A DNA stretch of 42,316 bases from contig CAMOQV010000001.1 in assembly GCA_946623205.1 (NCBI GenBank), positions 1 to 42,316 on the forward strand. The letters run 5' to 3'. Made by a program: the position numbers and the translations under genes. Below the pieces are notes generated by a model. It searched no databases. It was not told where the DNA came from and saw only the letters and a list, made by a program, of their open reading frames with translations. Numbering within the stretch: the stretch's first letter is position 1; each line of letters begins with the position of its first letter. This DNA comes from an uncultured Clostridia bacterium. Lineage in GTDB: Bacteria; Bacillota; Clostridia; Christensenellales; UBA3700. Below are positions 15,982 to 23,674 of the stretch, piece after piece.

Positions 15982-17318
15982 TAAATGTTATTTACAATGT
16001 TATGAATGTATTGTTTACATCTTGGCATTGCTTCCTCTCCAAATAGTTCATTTAGCTTGTCTACTAACCCATCTGCTCCATTTTTAACGTAGATTGGGTT
16101 CTTCATCTCAAGCTTTCTCAATATCTTCTTAGATAAGATATCGTCTAACGCATCAAGTTCTTCTCCGCCACATCCAATGTAAATCGGTACATACTTATTT
16201 ATTTGCATCATAATTCTGTTACCAAATGTTACTTGGAAATGCTTCGTTAAGTAATTGTCTAATTCCTTTAACTTCTCTTTGTTTCTCTCTGTTAATGCAT
16301 TCTCTTGTTGTGCATTTAATATCAATCGATCAAAATCTTTTGCACTTAAATGTAGATTAGAACTATTTCTTCCTCTAAATGGTTCACACTTGTTATCCAA
16401 GTTTAGAATCATAGCTCTATCGTATACCTTATCTGAAATAGCAAATGTACTATCATCATTGTTTGCTGTTCCAATAAACCACATGTTTGTTGGTAATTGT
16501 ATTTGTCCATCTTTCAAACTTGCTGGGTCTGTTGCCCACTTGTCTGAAACTACTTCCATATATCTTTCATCTGCTCTTGGTAATTCCAATAAAGATAAGA
16601 ATTCTGCAAAGTAATACTCAACTCTCGCAATATTCATTTCATCTAGCACTGTTATATAGATGTCTTCTGAATAATTCGCTTCATACATCTTCTTTAATAG
16701 AGCTGTTTCATTAAAGTGCTTTGTGAATTCATTGTAATATCCAATAAGGTCTGTTCTTTCCTTCCACATAGGTTGAATTGGAATAACTGTTGATGGATTC
16801 TCTACAAATCTACCAAATGCATATGCAAGTGATGTCTTACCTGTACCAGACATACCTTGCAATATTAAGATGTGAGATACTCCAAGTCCAGCTATGAATG
16901 ACCTAATATCTTCTGCTCTGTAATATAACCCTAATTCATTTGCTGAATAGTTTCTAAAATCATCACAGAACATCTCTAATGTAATATTGTTGATGTAATC
17001 ATCCTTTGAATATGTCTCTCTCTTCTTATCTATTTGCTTCAATATGCTGAATCTAGATATGTTCTTGTTGTTCTTATCACTAGCTTTGCTTGAGCCTACA
17101 TTGCCAACGCCCTTAACCTTAATAGCCTTGTCTGGCAATTGAAGTTCAACTGTTTGTGTTGTTTCTCTAAAATCTTTTGCTTGCTTTGCTTGGATGATAA
17201 GCAAAATAACCATTATCGCAATGAAAGACACAATCAACGTAGAATAAATAATAATCGCATACGTTGATGTGAAAATATCTATGATTTCACTGGACAATAA
17301 AAATAACGTATTAAGCAT
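15981..17318 (-). CDS. membrane-anchored McrB-type AAA+ NTPase (445 aa, N-terminal TM anchor)
   Basis: Same AAA+ module as 12993-14438 (Walker A 16830-16856, Walker B DE 16638-16643), with a different N-terminus: IIIYSTLIVSFIAIMVILLIIQAKQAK. GGAGGA sits 6 nt upstream of the ATG. Confidence 0.8.
   Translation of the reverse strand: MLNTLFLLSSEIIDIFTSTYAIIIYSTLIVSFIAIMVILLIIQAKQAKDFRETTQTVELQLPDKAIKVKGVGNVGSSKASDKNNKNISRFSILKQIDKKRETYSKDDYINNITLEMFCDDFRNYSANELGLYYRAEDIRSFIAGLGVSHILILQGMSGTGKTSLAYAFGRFVENPSTVIPIQPMWKERTDLIGYYNEFTKHFNETALLKKMYEANYSEDIYITVLDEMNIARVEYYFAEFLSLLELPRADERYMEVVSDKWATDPASLKDGQIQLPTNMWFIGTANNDDSTFAISDKVYDRAMILNLDNKCEPFRGRNSSNLHLSAKDFDRLILNAQQENALTERNKEKLKELDNYLTKHFQVTFGNRIMMQINKYVPIYIGCGGEELDALDDILSKKILRKLEMKNPIYVKNGADGLVDKLNELFGEEAMPRCKQYIHNIVNNI
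15982..17098. repeat. direct repeat copy B (1,117 bp), apparently 100% identical to 12994-14110
   Basis: See copy A. Identity stops abruptly at 17098/17099 (copy A 14110/14111) and at the stop codons (TAA here, TAG in copy A). Confidence 0.9.
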
Positions 17319-18786
17319 CTATATCCTCCAAAAAATCATCAATATCTTCAATTTCGTCATCATCTTCATATTTTGAAGCTCTTATTAAATCGTCATCGCT
17401 AGCTAATTTTGCTTCATCATCTTCGTAATCTATCTCGTCTTCTTGCTTCTTTGCGAATCTATTTGAATAATACTCTTCATCTTGATCATTATTTGAAGAA
17501 CTTGCATTTGCATTTTCTTCATACATATAATCCATCAAAACTCTAGATAACTCTTCATTCTTTGTTCCGATTAAATGAGAAATCTTCTTTGTCATTTCCT
17601 TATCGTTTGCGCTACTAATAATTGGTGCAACTAAAGGCAAAATTCTTTCTATTAAGATAGTGTTTCTAAACTCTTTTTCTGGAATGCCAAATTGGCCAAG
17701 TAATGATACAAATCTTTCGATTTCAACACATTCTTTATTAGACAATTTAACTTCCTTTTGAATTGCCATAATACTATCAATGAACTTCCAATCATCTTCG
17801 CTCATCATGAACGAGCCCTTTTGCGAATCAATTCTATACAAATAGTCGTATGTAACATCACATGAACCTACAGACTCTACACGATCATTTGTTGGTCTTG
17901 GATGTATTTCAATGATTGTAGCTGCTTTTCTCAATTCTTTTGGATACCACTTAATTTCATCAAATGTTTCAATTGCGCAGAATACAATGTGAGATGGAAT
18001 TCTCAAATTCTTATTCTTGTATTCAAGTTCTACGTCGCTATATCTAACATTCAATAGTGGTAGAGTTGCAGCCAAAATATCTTGTTTTTCTGGACCAAGA
18101 TTTACAAGTTCTATTAATCTTAGTTCTTCAAGACCTAAATCTTTATCCAATGCTCTAACTAATGATTCTGTATTAAATACGATATCCATATCAAATTGCT
18201 TTGATTTAATACCAATACTTGCTAATTGATCAATAATAATTCCACCAAGCTCAATATCGTCTGTATTTAATACAACAAACTTTCCAGATAAAACTGCACT
18301 AATTACTCTTATTGCTTCTTTAGAATCTAGAGTAACTCCTCTTTCTTGTAAATTTTCTAGGAATATATCTAGAACATCTGAATATGCTACATAATTCTTA
18401 ACAATCTTTTGATTAACTCTTTCTCTCTTTGAAATATTAAATGCTGAATCAAAGAAATATTCGATTGCTTCATTTTTATTCTTTTGAGTATAACGAGATG
18501 TTAACATTTCAATCTGAGTTATCTTGCTATATGTTGGATCCTTTAATTTGTTTCTCATATTTACTGCGGATAATCCCAAAATTGCAAATGCTATAAATCC
18601 AGCAACCATCATCATGATGCATGCTGACAACCAAACTACATCAATATCACTTGTTGGAGAAAAACTTCTAACAAGTGGAACTGTCAAAGCAGCAAGGCCT
18701 GCAGCCATCATTACATATAAAGCTCTTTGCCAGCCGCTATCATACATTTTTAATGGAGACTTTTCATATGAATCATATCTTCTCAT
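17311..18786 (-). CDS. membrane-anchored degenerate paralogue of the McrB-type module with poly-acidic C-terminal tail (491 aa)
   Basis: Two N-terminal TM helices. The cytoplasmic part aligns by eye with the neighbouring ATPases but lacks the catalytic motifs: LNTDDIELGG replaces LQGMSGTGKTS, LIELVNLGPEKQDILAATLPLLN replaces VLDEMNIARVEYYFAEFLSLLE, and IPSHIVFCAIETFDE replaces LPTNMWFIGTANNDD. About 60 C-terminal residues are D/E-rich. AGGAGG RBS. Confidence 0.6.
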   Translation of the reverse strand: MRRYDSYEKSPLKMYDSGWQRALYVMMAAGLAALTVPLVRSFSPTSDIDVVWLSACIMMMVAGFIAFAILGLSAVNMRNKLKDPTYSKITQIEMLTSRYTQKNKNEAIEYFFDSAFNISKRERVNQKIVKNYVAYSDVLDIFLENLQERGVTLDSKEAIRVISAVLSGKFVVLNTDDIELGGIIIDQLASIGIKSKQFDMDIVFNTESLVRALDKDLGLEELRLIELVNLGPEKQDILAATLPLLNVRYSDVELEYKNKNLRIPSHIVFCAIETFDEIKWYPKELRKAATIIEIHPRPTNDRVESVGSCDVTYDYLYRIDSQKGSFMMSEDDWKFIDSIMAIQKEVKLSNKECVEIERFVSLLGQFGIPEKEFRNTILIERILPLVAPIISSANDKEMTKKISHLIGTKNEELSRVLMDYMYEENANASSSNNDQDEEYYSNRFAKKQEDEIDYEDDEAKLASDDDLIRASKYEDDDEIEDIDDFLEDIDA

Positions 18787-18796
18787 AATCCACCTC

Positions 18797-19813
18797 CTAC
18801 ACCAAATCTGAATATGGAATCACTTGACCTTCATAGTAGAAAGTAATTTGATCTACATTTTCAAATGCTCCACTTTCGATTTTTGGTTTTGATTTATACA
18901 ATCTAACTGTACGTACTTGGTAACATCCAGAGAACGCGCTGGATTTAACTGTTTCGGCACCATACAATTGGACTGTTTTTAAACCTTGACAGAAGCTAAC
19001 TGTATTTGCATTTATTGTCTTTGTTTCTAATATTGCCTCAACTAGCGAGCTACATGAAACAATGGCACTGCTGTTAATCTTCTTTGCCTCAATATCTACG
19101 GTATATAAAGATGGGCAAGAAACGATTGCTCCAGCTTCAACTTCATCAAGATGATATACACTAATACTCTTAACATTTGATTGGTTAAAAGCTCCCTTTT
19201 TAATTCCACTCAAATTAAATGTTCTATCTTGCGTAAACGCAATAGACGTCGTGTCTGGATTTACTTTTTGTATGTAAATCTTTCCAACGCTTTCTTCTAC
19301 TAACGTAACTCCTGGATACAAATCATTTGTACCTACGTTGTTACCAAGCCAAATTTGCATTTGTTGATACATTGGAAGATACATTGCAATAAATACTCCT
19401 GTAAGTAAAACCAAAAATGCTGTCAATGTTGCACTAAATGCTGTGAATTTTTTGGTTGCATCGGCAACTTTTGCTCTTGTCTTCTTTACTGGAGCTGCTT
19501 GTTTAATTTCTATAATTTCGATTGCTTCACAATTTGGACGCAATGGCATTTGCTTTGCCTTACCAAAATATTCGCCTGGCTTTGCGTATTGTTTTGTGAA
19601 TAATATATTATCTGTTTCTAGGACTTTACCTTTTGCGTCAACTTGATTGATTTTGCAAGTAATATCTTTAATTAACTCTCTTGAATTGTTCTTAAATTCA
19701 ATAATTGCGTATCTTTGTTTTTCTTCGATAAAGATGACATATCTTGTTGCGATAAGACTACTCTTTAGTTTGCTACTTAGGGTGACTGCTTTATAAATAA
19801 CTTTAGTTGCCAT
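18797..19813 (-). CDS. single-pass membrane protein with extracellular BspA-type leucine-rich repeats (LRR_5-like)
   Basis: Central TM FTAFSATLTAFLVLLTGVFIAMYL. The C-terminal ~150 aa show units of ~20-23 aa with (A/S)(F/I)x(S/G)Cxx(L/V) (GAFNQSNVKSI, AIVSCPSLYTV, AIVSCSSLVEA, VSFCQGLKTV, SAFSGCYQVRTV, GAFENVDQI). GGGGGT RBS. Confidence 0.65.
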   Translation of the reverse strand: MATKVIYKAVTLSSKLKSSLIATRYVIFIEEKQRYAIIEFKNNSRELIKDITCKINQVDAKGKVLETDNILFTKQYAKPGEYFGKAKQMPLRPNCEAIEIIEIKQAAPVKKTRAKVADATKKFTAFSATLTAFLVLLTGVFIAMYLPMYQQMQIWLGNNVGTNDLYPGVTLVEESVGKIYIQKVNPDTTSIAFTQDRTFNLSGIKKGAFNQSNVKSISVYHLDEVEAGAIVSCPSLYTVDIEAKKINSSAIVSCSSLVEAILETKTINANTVSFCQGLKTVQLYGAETVKSSAFSGCYQVRTVRLYKSKPKIESGAFENVDQITFYYEGQVIPYSDLV

Positions 19814-20555
19814 TTGTCTTTACCCCCTTTTGCTTAAATTGAGGTCTGAAAATCGCTCTAGTTATAAATAATATAATTGGGACCGTTGCTATATATGCAA
19901 TAATTGGAACTACGATGGCTGCCACACTAATTGTTTGCTCATAATTTTTACTCCACATAGACATTAATGGAGAAACATCTCCAGCAAATCCTGCTAAGAA
20001 AAATGCTATAACAGCAAATGCTGCTGGAATAATAGCAATAGCTGCAGTAAATGCATATTTAAGCATATCTGTCGTTCTAATGTTTTGCTTATTTACTTTT
20101 TCGTTGTTAGCTTTAATAACGTTTATTTGAACAGTTTTTGTCCTTTCAGATAAACGAACCAAATCTAACTCTCCACCATCAATTGTTTGCTGATCAATAG
20201 TGATAGTCTTGAATGGAACATATTCGTCGTCATTCTTTTCGTCATACATTGTTACTTCATAACGAATAGATTGTAAATCTTGAGCAAGAATTGGACGTAA
20301 GTAACAATTTAACCCTTTGTACACAATAACCGCCTTGTTAATATATTGTGCAGATTTTGATCCCGTAACTTGTACGATAAGCGTTCTTGTTTCTAGACTA
20401 TCTTCGTCCTTAACAATTTTGTCTGGACCTTTGAAGACGCGTCTATTAATCATGAACACTTTTGGGAAAACGAACATGTTTAGCGCAGCCAATATAATAA
20501 ATGCTATTACAAAGACTGAACTGGCAATGTCTAAATCGATAACACCAAAAAGCAT
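19803..20555 (-). CDS. small 3-TM membrane protein with ~130-aa cytoplasmic domain (250 aa); first gene of the operon
   Basis: Hydrophobic helices at aa ~10-30 and two near the C-terminus. Basic residues flank the cytoplasmic faces. GAGGGA lies upstream of the ATG. No recognisable family. Confidence 0.6.
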   Translation of the reverse strand: MLFGVIDLDIASSVFVIAFIILAALNMFVFPKVFMINRRVFKGPDKIVKDEDSLETRTLIVQVTGSKSAQYINKAVIVYKGLNCYLRPILAQDLQSIRYEVTMYDEKNDDEYVPFKTITIDQQTIDGGELDLVRLSERTKTVQINVIKANNEKVNKQNIRTTDMLKYAFTAAIAIIPAAFAVIAFFLAGFAGDVSPLMSMWSKNYEQTISVAAIVVPIIAYIATVPIILFITRAIFRPQFKQKGVKTNGN

Positions 20556-20606
20556 AGTCCCTCTCTTAAATTTTTATTTTTATTCGCGCTTGCGTTATAT
20601 TTTTAT

Positions 20607-20634
20607 ATTATAGCAAACAAAGTATAGCGCGCAA
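20607..20634 (-). promoter_or_regulatory. candidate sigma-70-type promoter of the eight-gene operon
   Basis: Minus strand reads TTGCGC (20629-20634), a 16-nt spacer, then the extended -10 TGCTATAAT (20607-20615). It lies about 50 nt upstream of the ATG at 20555. Confidence 0.4.
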
Positions 20635-20697
20635 GACTTAAAAATAATTAATGCGCGCATAAAAATTTAAAATAAAAATGCCCAAATGTGTCGATTT

Positions 20698-21393
20698 TTA
20701 TAAAGTTTTTACGATATCTTCGAAACTTATTTCATTAAATGGTTCTTTGTTATTTTCGTCCCTAACTATATTTCCGGTTAGAAAAAACTTAAGATTTAGA
20801 TCTCTTGCTACTTTTCCATCTTCTTTTTCCGAATTACCAAAATACACAACTTCATCAGCTTTTAGATTGAATTTTTCTAGCACTTCTTTAATGAAATTCT
20901 TATTTGGCTTAGCAAAATGAGACTCTTCATATGATGTAATATAATCGAAAGATTTTGGATCTATTCCAGCAAATCTAATTCTCGCTTCCATAGCATTTTT
21001 TGGAAAGACTGGGTTTGCAACAACAATGACCTTGCCTACTCTTTTTTTTATCTCGTTAATTATTTGTTGTGCGCCCTCATATGCTGGCTCGCAAAAGGCT
21101 TTTGTGTTTTCAAATTCTGTAGAATAAAATACTCCAAATTCTTTGCAAATTTCATCTATGTTTTTATCTGGATAACATGCTTTAAATGTCTTCCAAAAAG
21201 CTTCCATACACGTTGTCTTTCCATCATTTTTTCTCATAGCATCAGTGCCAGCCCAAACAGCTTTTACAAAACTGTCTTTTTCGAATCCAAATGGTGCCAT
21301 ATGCTTATATAAATAACCGAAATATCCTCTCAAAAAGTTGTCTTCATTCATTGGCAATAATGTGCCATCTAAATCAAATAATACTGCCTTCAT
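20698..21393 (-). CDS. HAD-superfamily hydrolase
   Basis: The N-terminal motif I, KAVLFDLDGTLL, is diagnostic. The 231-aa length is typical. Confidence 0.8.
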   Translation of the reverse strand: MKAVLFDLDGTLLPMNEDNFLRGYFGYLYKHMAPFGFEKDSFVKAVWAGTDAMRKNDGKTTCMEAFWKTFKACYPDKNIDEICKEFGVFYSTEFENTKAFCEPAYEGAQQIINEIKKRVGKVIVVANPVFPKNAMEARIRFAGIDPKSFDYITSYEESHFAKPNKNFIKEVLEKFNLKADEVVYFGNSEKEDGKVARDLNLKFFLTGNIVRDENNKEPFNEISFEDIVKTL

Positions 21394-21469
21394 TTTTCAT
21401 CCTTTAAATCTTTAGATTTATTTGCATTAACATTATACATTTTATGCTTGTATTTTCAAAACGTTTTTT

Positions 21470-21500
21470 ACAAACAAAGGCTAGAGTTTTCACCCTAGCC
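21470..21500 (-). terminator. intrinsic terminator after the DUF975 gene
   Basis: Minus strand reads GGCTAG-GGTGAAAACT-CTAGCC followed by TTTGTTTGT. Confidence 0.5.
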
Positions 21501-21549
21501 CGTATGTCGTTTATGGTGTCCGTCTTCTAGTCTTTTCTTAATTGCTTAA

Positions 21550-22272
21550 TTATTCTGCATCAAAAACTTTTGCTTCTTGATCTGTGATTTCACCTTCGAT
21601 AATTTCACCATCTTCTTCTTGTGGTTCATTGTCTTTGATTAATTCTAAATAGAAGTTAGCTTTTGTCATTTCATAATATGGTCTTACCCAAAGTGTGCCA
21701 ACGAATAAACATAAGAAACCAACGATGTACCATCCGATGAAGCTTAAGTCTAATACAAATAAATCCCACTTATGTCCTTTTGTTAATTCCTTACTTCTAT
21801 TTAAGCAATAACTCCAATCCTTATTTGGTTGGTCTTGTTGAACATAGATTGCCATAGAATATGCATAAGATTTTATGATACCTGGAATTATAAGCAACAA
21901 TGTCCATAAGAAAACGAATATTGATGTCATAATTCGAAGAATAATTGCATCGCCTAAGCATTCTTTAAAACCAACAAATAAATTATTTAGATTGGCTTTT
22001 TCATTCTTTCTTGCCGAAGTTACTGCGACTCTAACTGCACCATACTTCAATGGTCCCGTAACGATTAAAGCAGCTACGCTTAAAATTGTGCTAAAAGTAA
22101 TTCTAAAGTAACTAATACCAGATTTAAAATCATATGGAGTGGATCCAGATACGATACCAAGTATTAATTCTAAAATAAGGAATACTAATAACATATTCAA
22201 CCAACGATCGCCAAATAATTTGCGACCTAATTGGTCTTTTGCTCTTTCTTTTAATTCTTGTCTAGTTGCCAT
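21550..22272 (-). CDS. DUF975-family integral membrane protein
   Basis: The N-terminus RQELKERAKDQLGRKLFGDRW followed by multiple TM helices matches my recollection of DUF975. The C-terminal tail is acidic. Confidence 0.55.
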   Translation of the reverse strand: MATRQELKERAKDQLGRKLFGDRWLNMLLVFLILELILGIVSGSTPYDFKSGISYFRITFSTILSVAALIVTGPLKYGAVRVAVTSARKNEKANLNNLFVGFKECLGDAIILRIMTSIFVFLWTLLLIIPGIIKSYAYSMAIYVQQDQPNKDWSYCLNRSKELTKGHKWDLFVLDLSFIGWYIVGFLCLFVGTLWVRPYYEMTKANFYLELIKDNEPQEEDGEIIEGEITDQEAKVFDAE

Positions 22273-22372
22273 TTTGTGCCCTCCAATTCACTATAATAAT
22301 TATATACTTATATAAAATGCTGGTCAATTTTACAATTCTTAAGATTATATCTTAACTGCCAAATAACAAGCA

Positions 22373-22403
22373 AAATGCGCCACATTTTTTTGTGGCGCAT
22401 TTA
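22373..22403 (-). terminator. intrinsic terminator after the EEP-family gene
   Basis: Perfect 12-bp arms AAATGCGCCACA / TGTGGCGCATTT around a 7-nt loop, 16 nt downstream of the stop. A T-rich tract follows on the minus strand. Confidence 0.6.
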
Positions 22404-22418
22404 TCCTTTATTACTTCT

Positions 22419-23579
22419 TTATGCTAAAAGCTCAAATTCAAGATATACAGGTTGGTGATCAGAGAACGCAAATCCGTCTATCTTCTTTGAACCTTGTTTT
22501 GTCTCTATTGTTTGGATATTCTTAACAGAGATATTGTCAGATACAATGTATCCATCAACTGTACAAACGAATGTGTTGTTTGGATCCCATTCGATATCGT
22601 TGTTTCTACATGTTGGCTTGTTGTCTGCTGCATAAATTGTAAAGCCATCAACAATTGGAGACTTCTTCTCGTCGTTAAACATATATGCTACCCAATCTGG
22701 AGCTCTCTTTGTCATAGCAAATGGTCTGTTTTCTGAAGTGTAAGCATATTGTGGATTATTCGTTAACAAATCATGATTGAAATCACCACCAACAACTACA
22801 TAGTGTCCTGCTTCTTTACAAGCACTCAAGAATCCGTTTAATTCTTTCATTTGTTGTTCTCTAATAGTACCGCCTTCATCGTATGCAGACATATGTGAAT
22901 TAACAATGTATAAATTCTTATCATTAGATACTTTAATTACACAAACAGCAAAACATCTATCTAAATCAAACAATTTAGAAAAGTCGTCTGCAATTGTATA
23001 TTGCTTTCTTTCTGCTGATTGAATCTTATATTTAGATAGAGTTGTTAGTCCTGCATTTACAGATCCATGCATATCGTATAGAGGATATGGCAAGAAAGCT
23101 GAATGGAAATTCACACAGTGGATTGAATCAAATCCAGTAAATGCATCAACAATTGCATTATGTTGGTTAACTTTATATGAACGAGTAGATTTCGTATCTA
23201 CTTCTTGGAACATCATAAAATCTGGATTCATCTCTTTAACTGCGTTAACAGATCCTGTTGTGTTGAACTCTACAACCTCTTTAGAAAAAGCTTTCGACCA
23301 ATGTCCAACCGTTGGATTTCCTGCATCATCGTAACCTGTGTCTAAAAAGAATGTGAAATCTTGAGAATATGCGCCAAAGCCTATGTTGTACGTAGTACAA
23401 GAATAAATCTCTCCTACACTTACTGTTTCAAGATTTGATTTGGAATTAATTTCTAGTGGCATATCGCCTAACCTAGAATAACTTAAGAAAATATACCCTA
23501 CATAGCCACCGGCAAATACAATAATCAAACCAATAACTGCTGCTAGAGTAATTAATGTGATTTTTAATCCTTTCTTCAT
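22419..23579 (-). CDS. membrane-anchored endonuclease/exonuclease/phosphatase (EEP) family protein
   Basis: N-terminal TM. EEP motifs FMMFQEVD, GGDFNHD and the C-terminal SDHQPV. Confidence 0.75.
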   Translation of the reverse strand: MKKGLKITLITLAAVIGLIIVFAGGYVGYIFLSYSRLGDMPLEINSKSNLETVSVGEIYSCTTYNIGFGAYSQDFTFFLDTGYDDAGNPTVGHWSKAFSKEVVEFNTTGSVNAVKEMNPDFMMFQEVDTKSTRSYKVNQHNAIVDAFTGFDSIHCVNFHSAFLPYPLYDMHGSVNAGLTTLSKYKIQSAERKQYTIADDFSKLFDLDRCFAVCVIKVSNDKNLYIVNSHMSAYDEGGTIREQQMKELNGFLSACKEAGHYVVVGGDFNHDLLTNNPQYAYTSENRPFAMTKRAPDWVAYMFNDEKKSPIVDGFTIYAADNKPTCRNNDIEWDPNNTFVCTVDGYIVSDNISVKNIQTIETKQGSKKIDGFAFSDHQPVYLEFELLA

Positions 23580-23674
23580 AGTTTCCCCTCTATATCTTTG
23601 ATACTTTAATTATACTTATATTCATACATATATTCAATAGAAGGCCTTTTTGGGAAAATTTTACATTATTTGAT

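Noticed and set aside
12994-17098. The 1.1-kb identical direct repeats as IS copies or a composite transposon
   Set aside because: The repeats lie in frame inside two paralogous ATPase genes and encode no transposase. They have no terminal inverted repeats or target duplications. The flanking sequence is diverged paralogous coding DNA.
12993-17318. A classical McrBC-type modification-dependent restriction system
   Set aside because: The McrB-like proteins have TM helices in place of a DNA-binding N-domain. The McrC-position protein shows no PD-(D/E)xK nuclease. The genes are also translationally coupled to surface transglutaminase, LRR and membrane proteins.
651-20555. The locus as a prophage tail-fibre region or a horizontally acquired island
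   Set aside because: There are no integrase, phage structural, portal or terminase genes and no flanking att-like repeats. Composition looks the same as the housekeeping half by eye, and the tRNA genes are 21 kb away. Acquisition cannot be excluded without compositional statistics.
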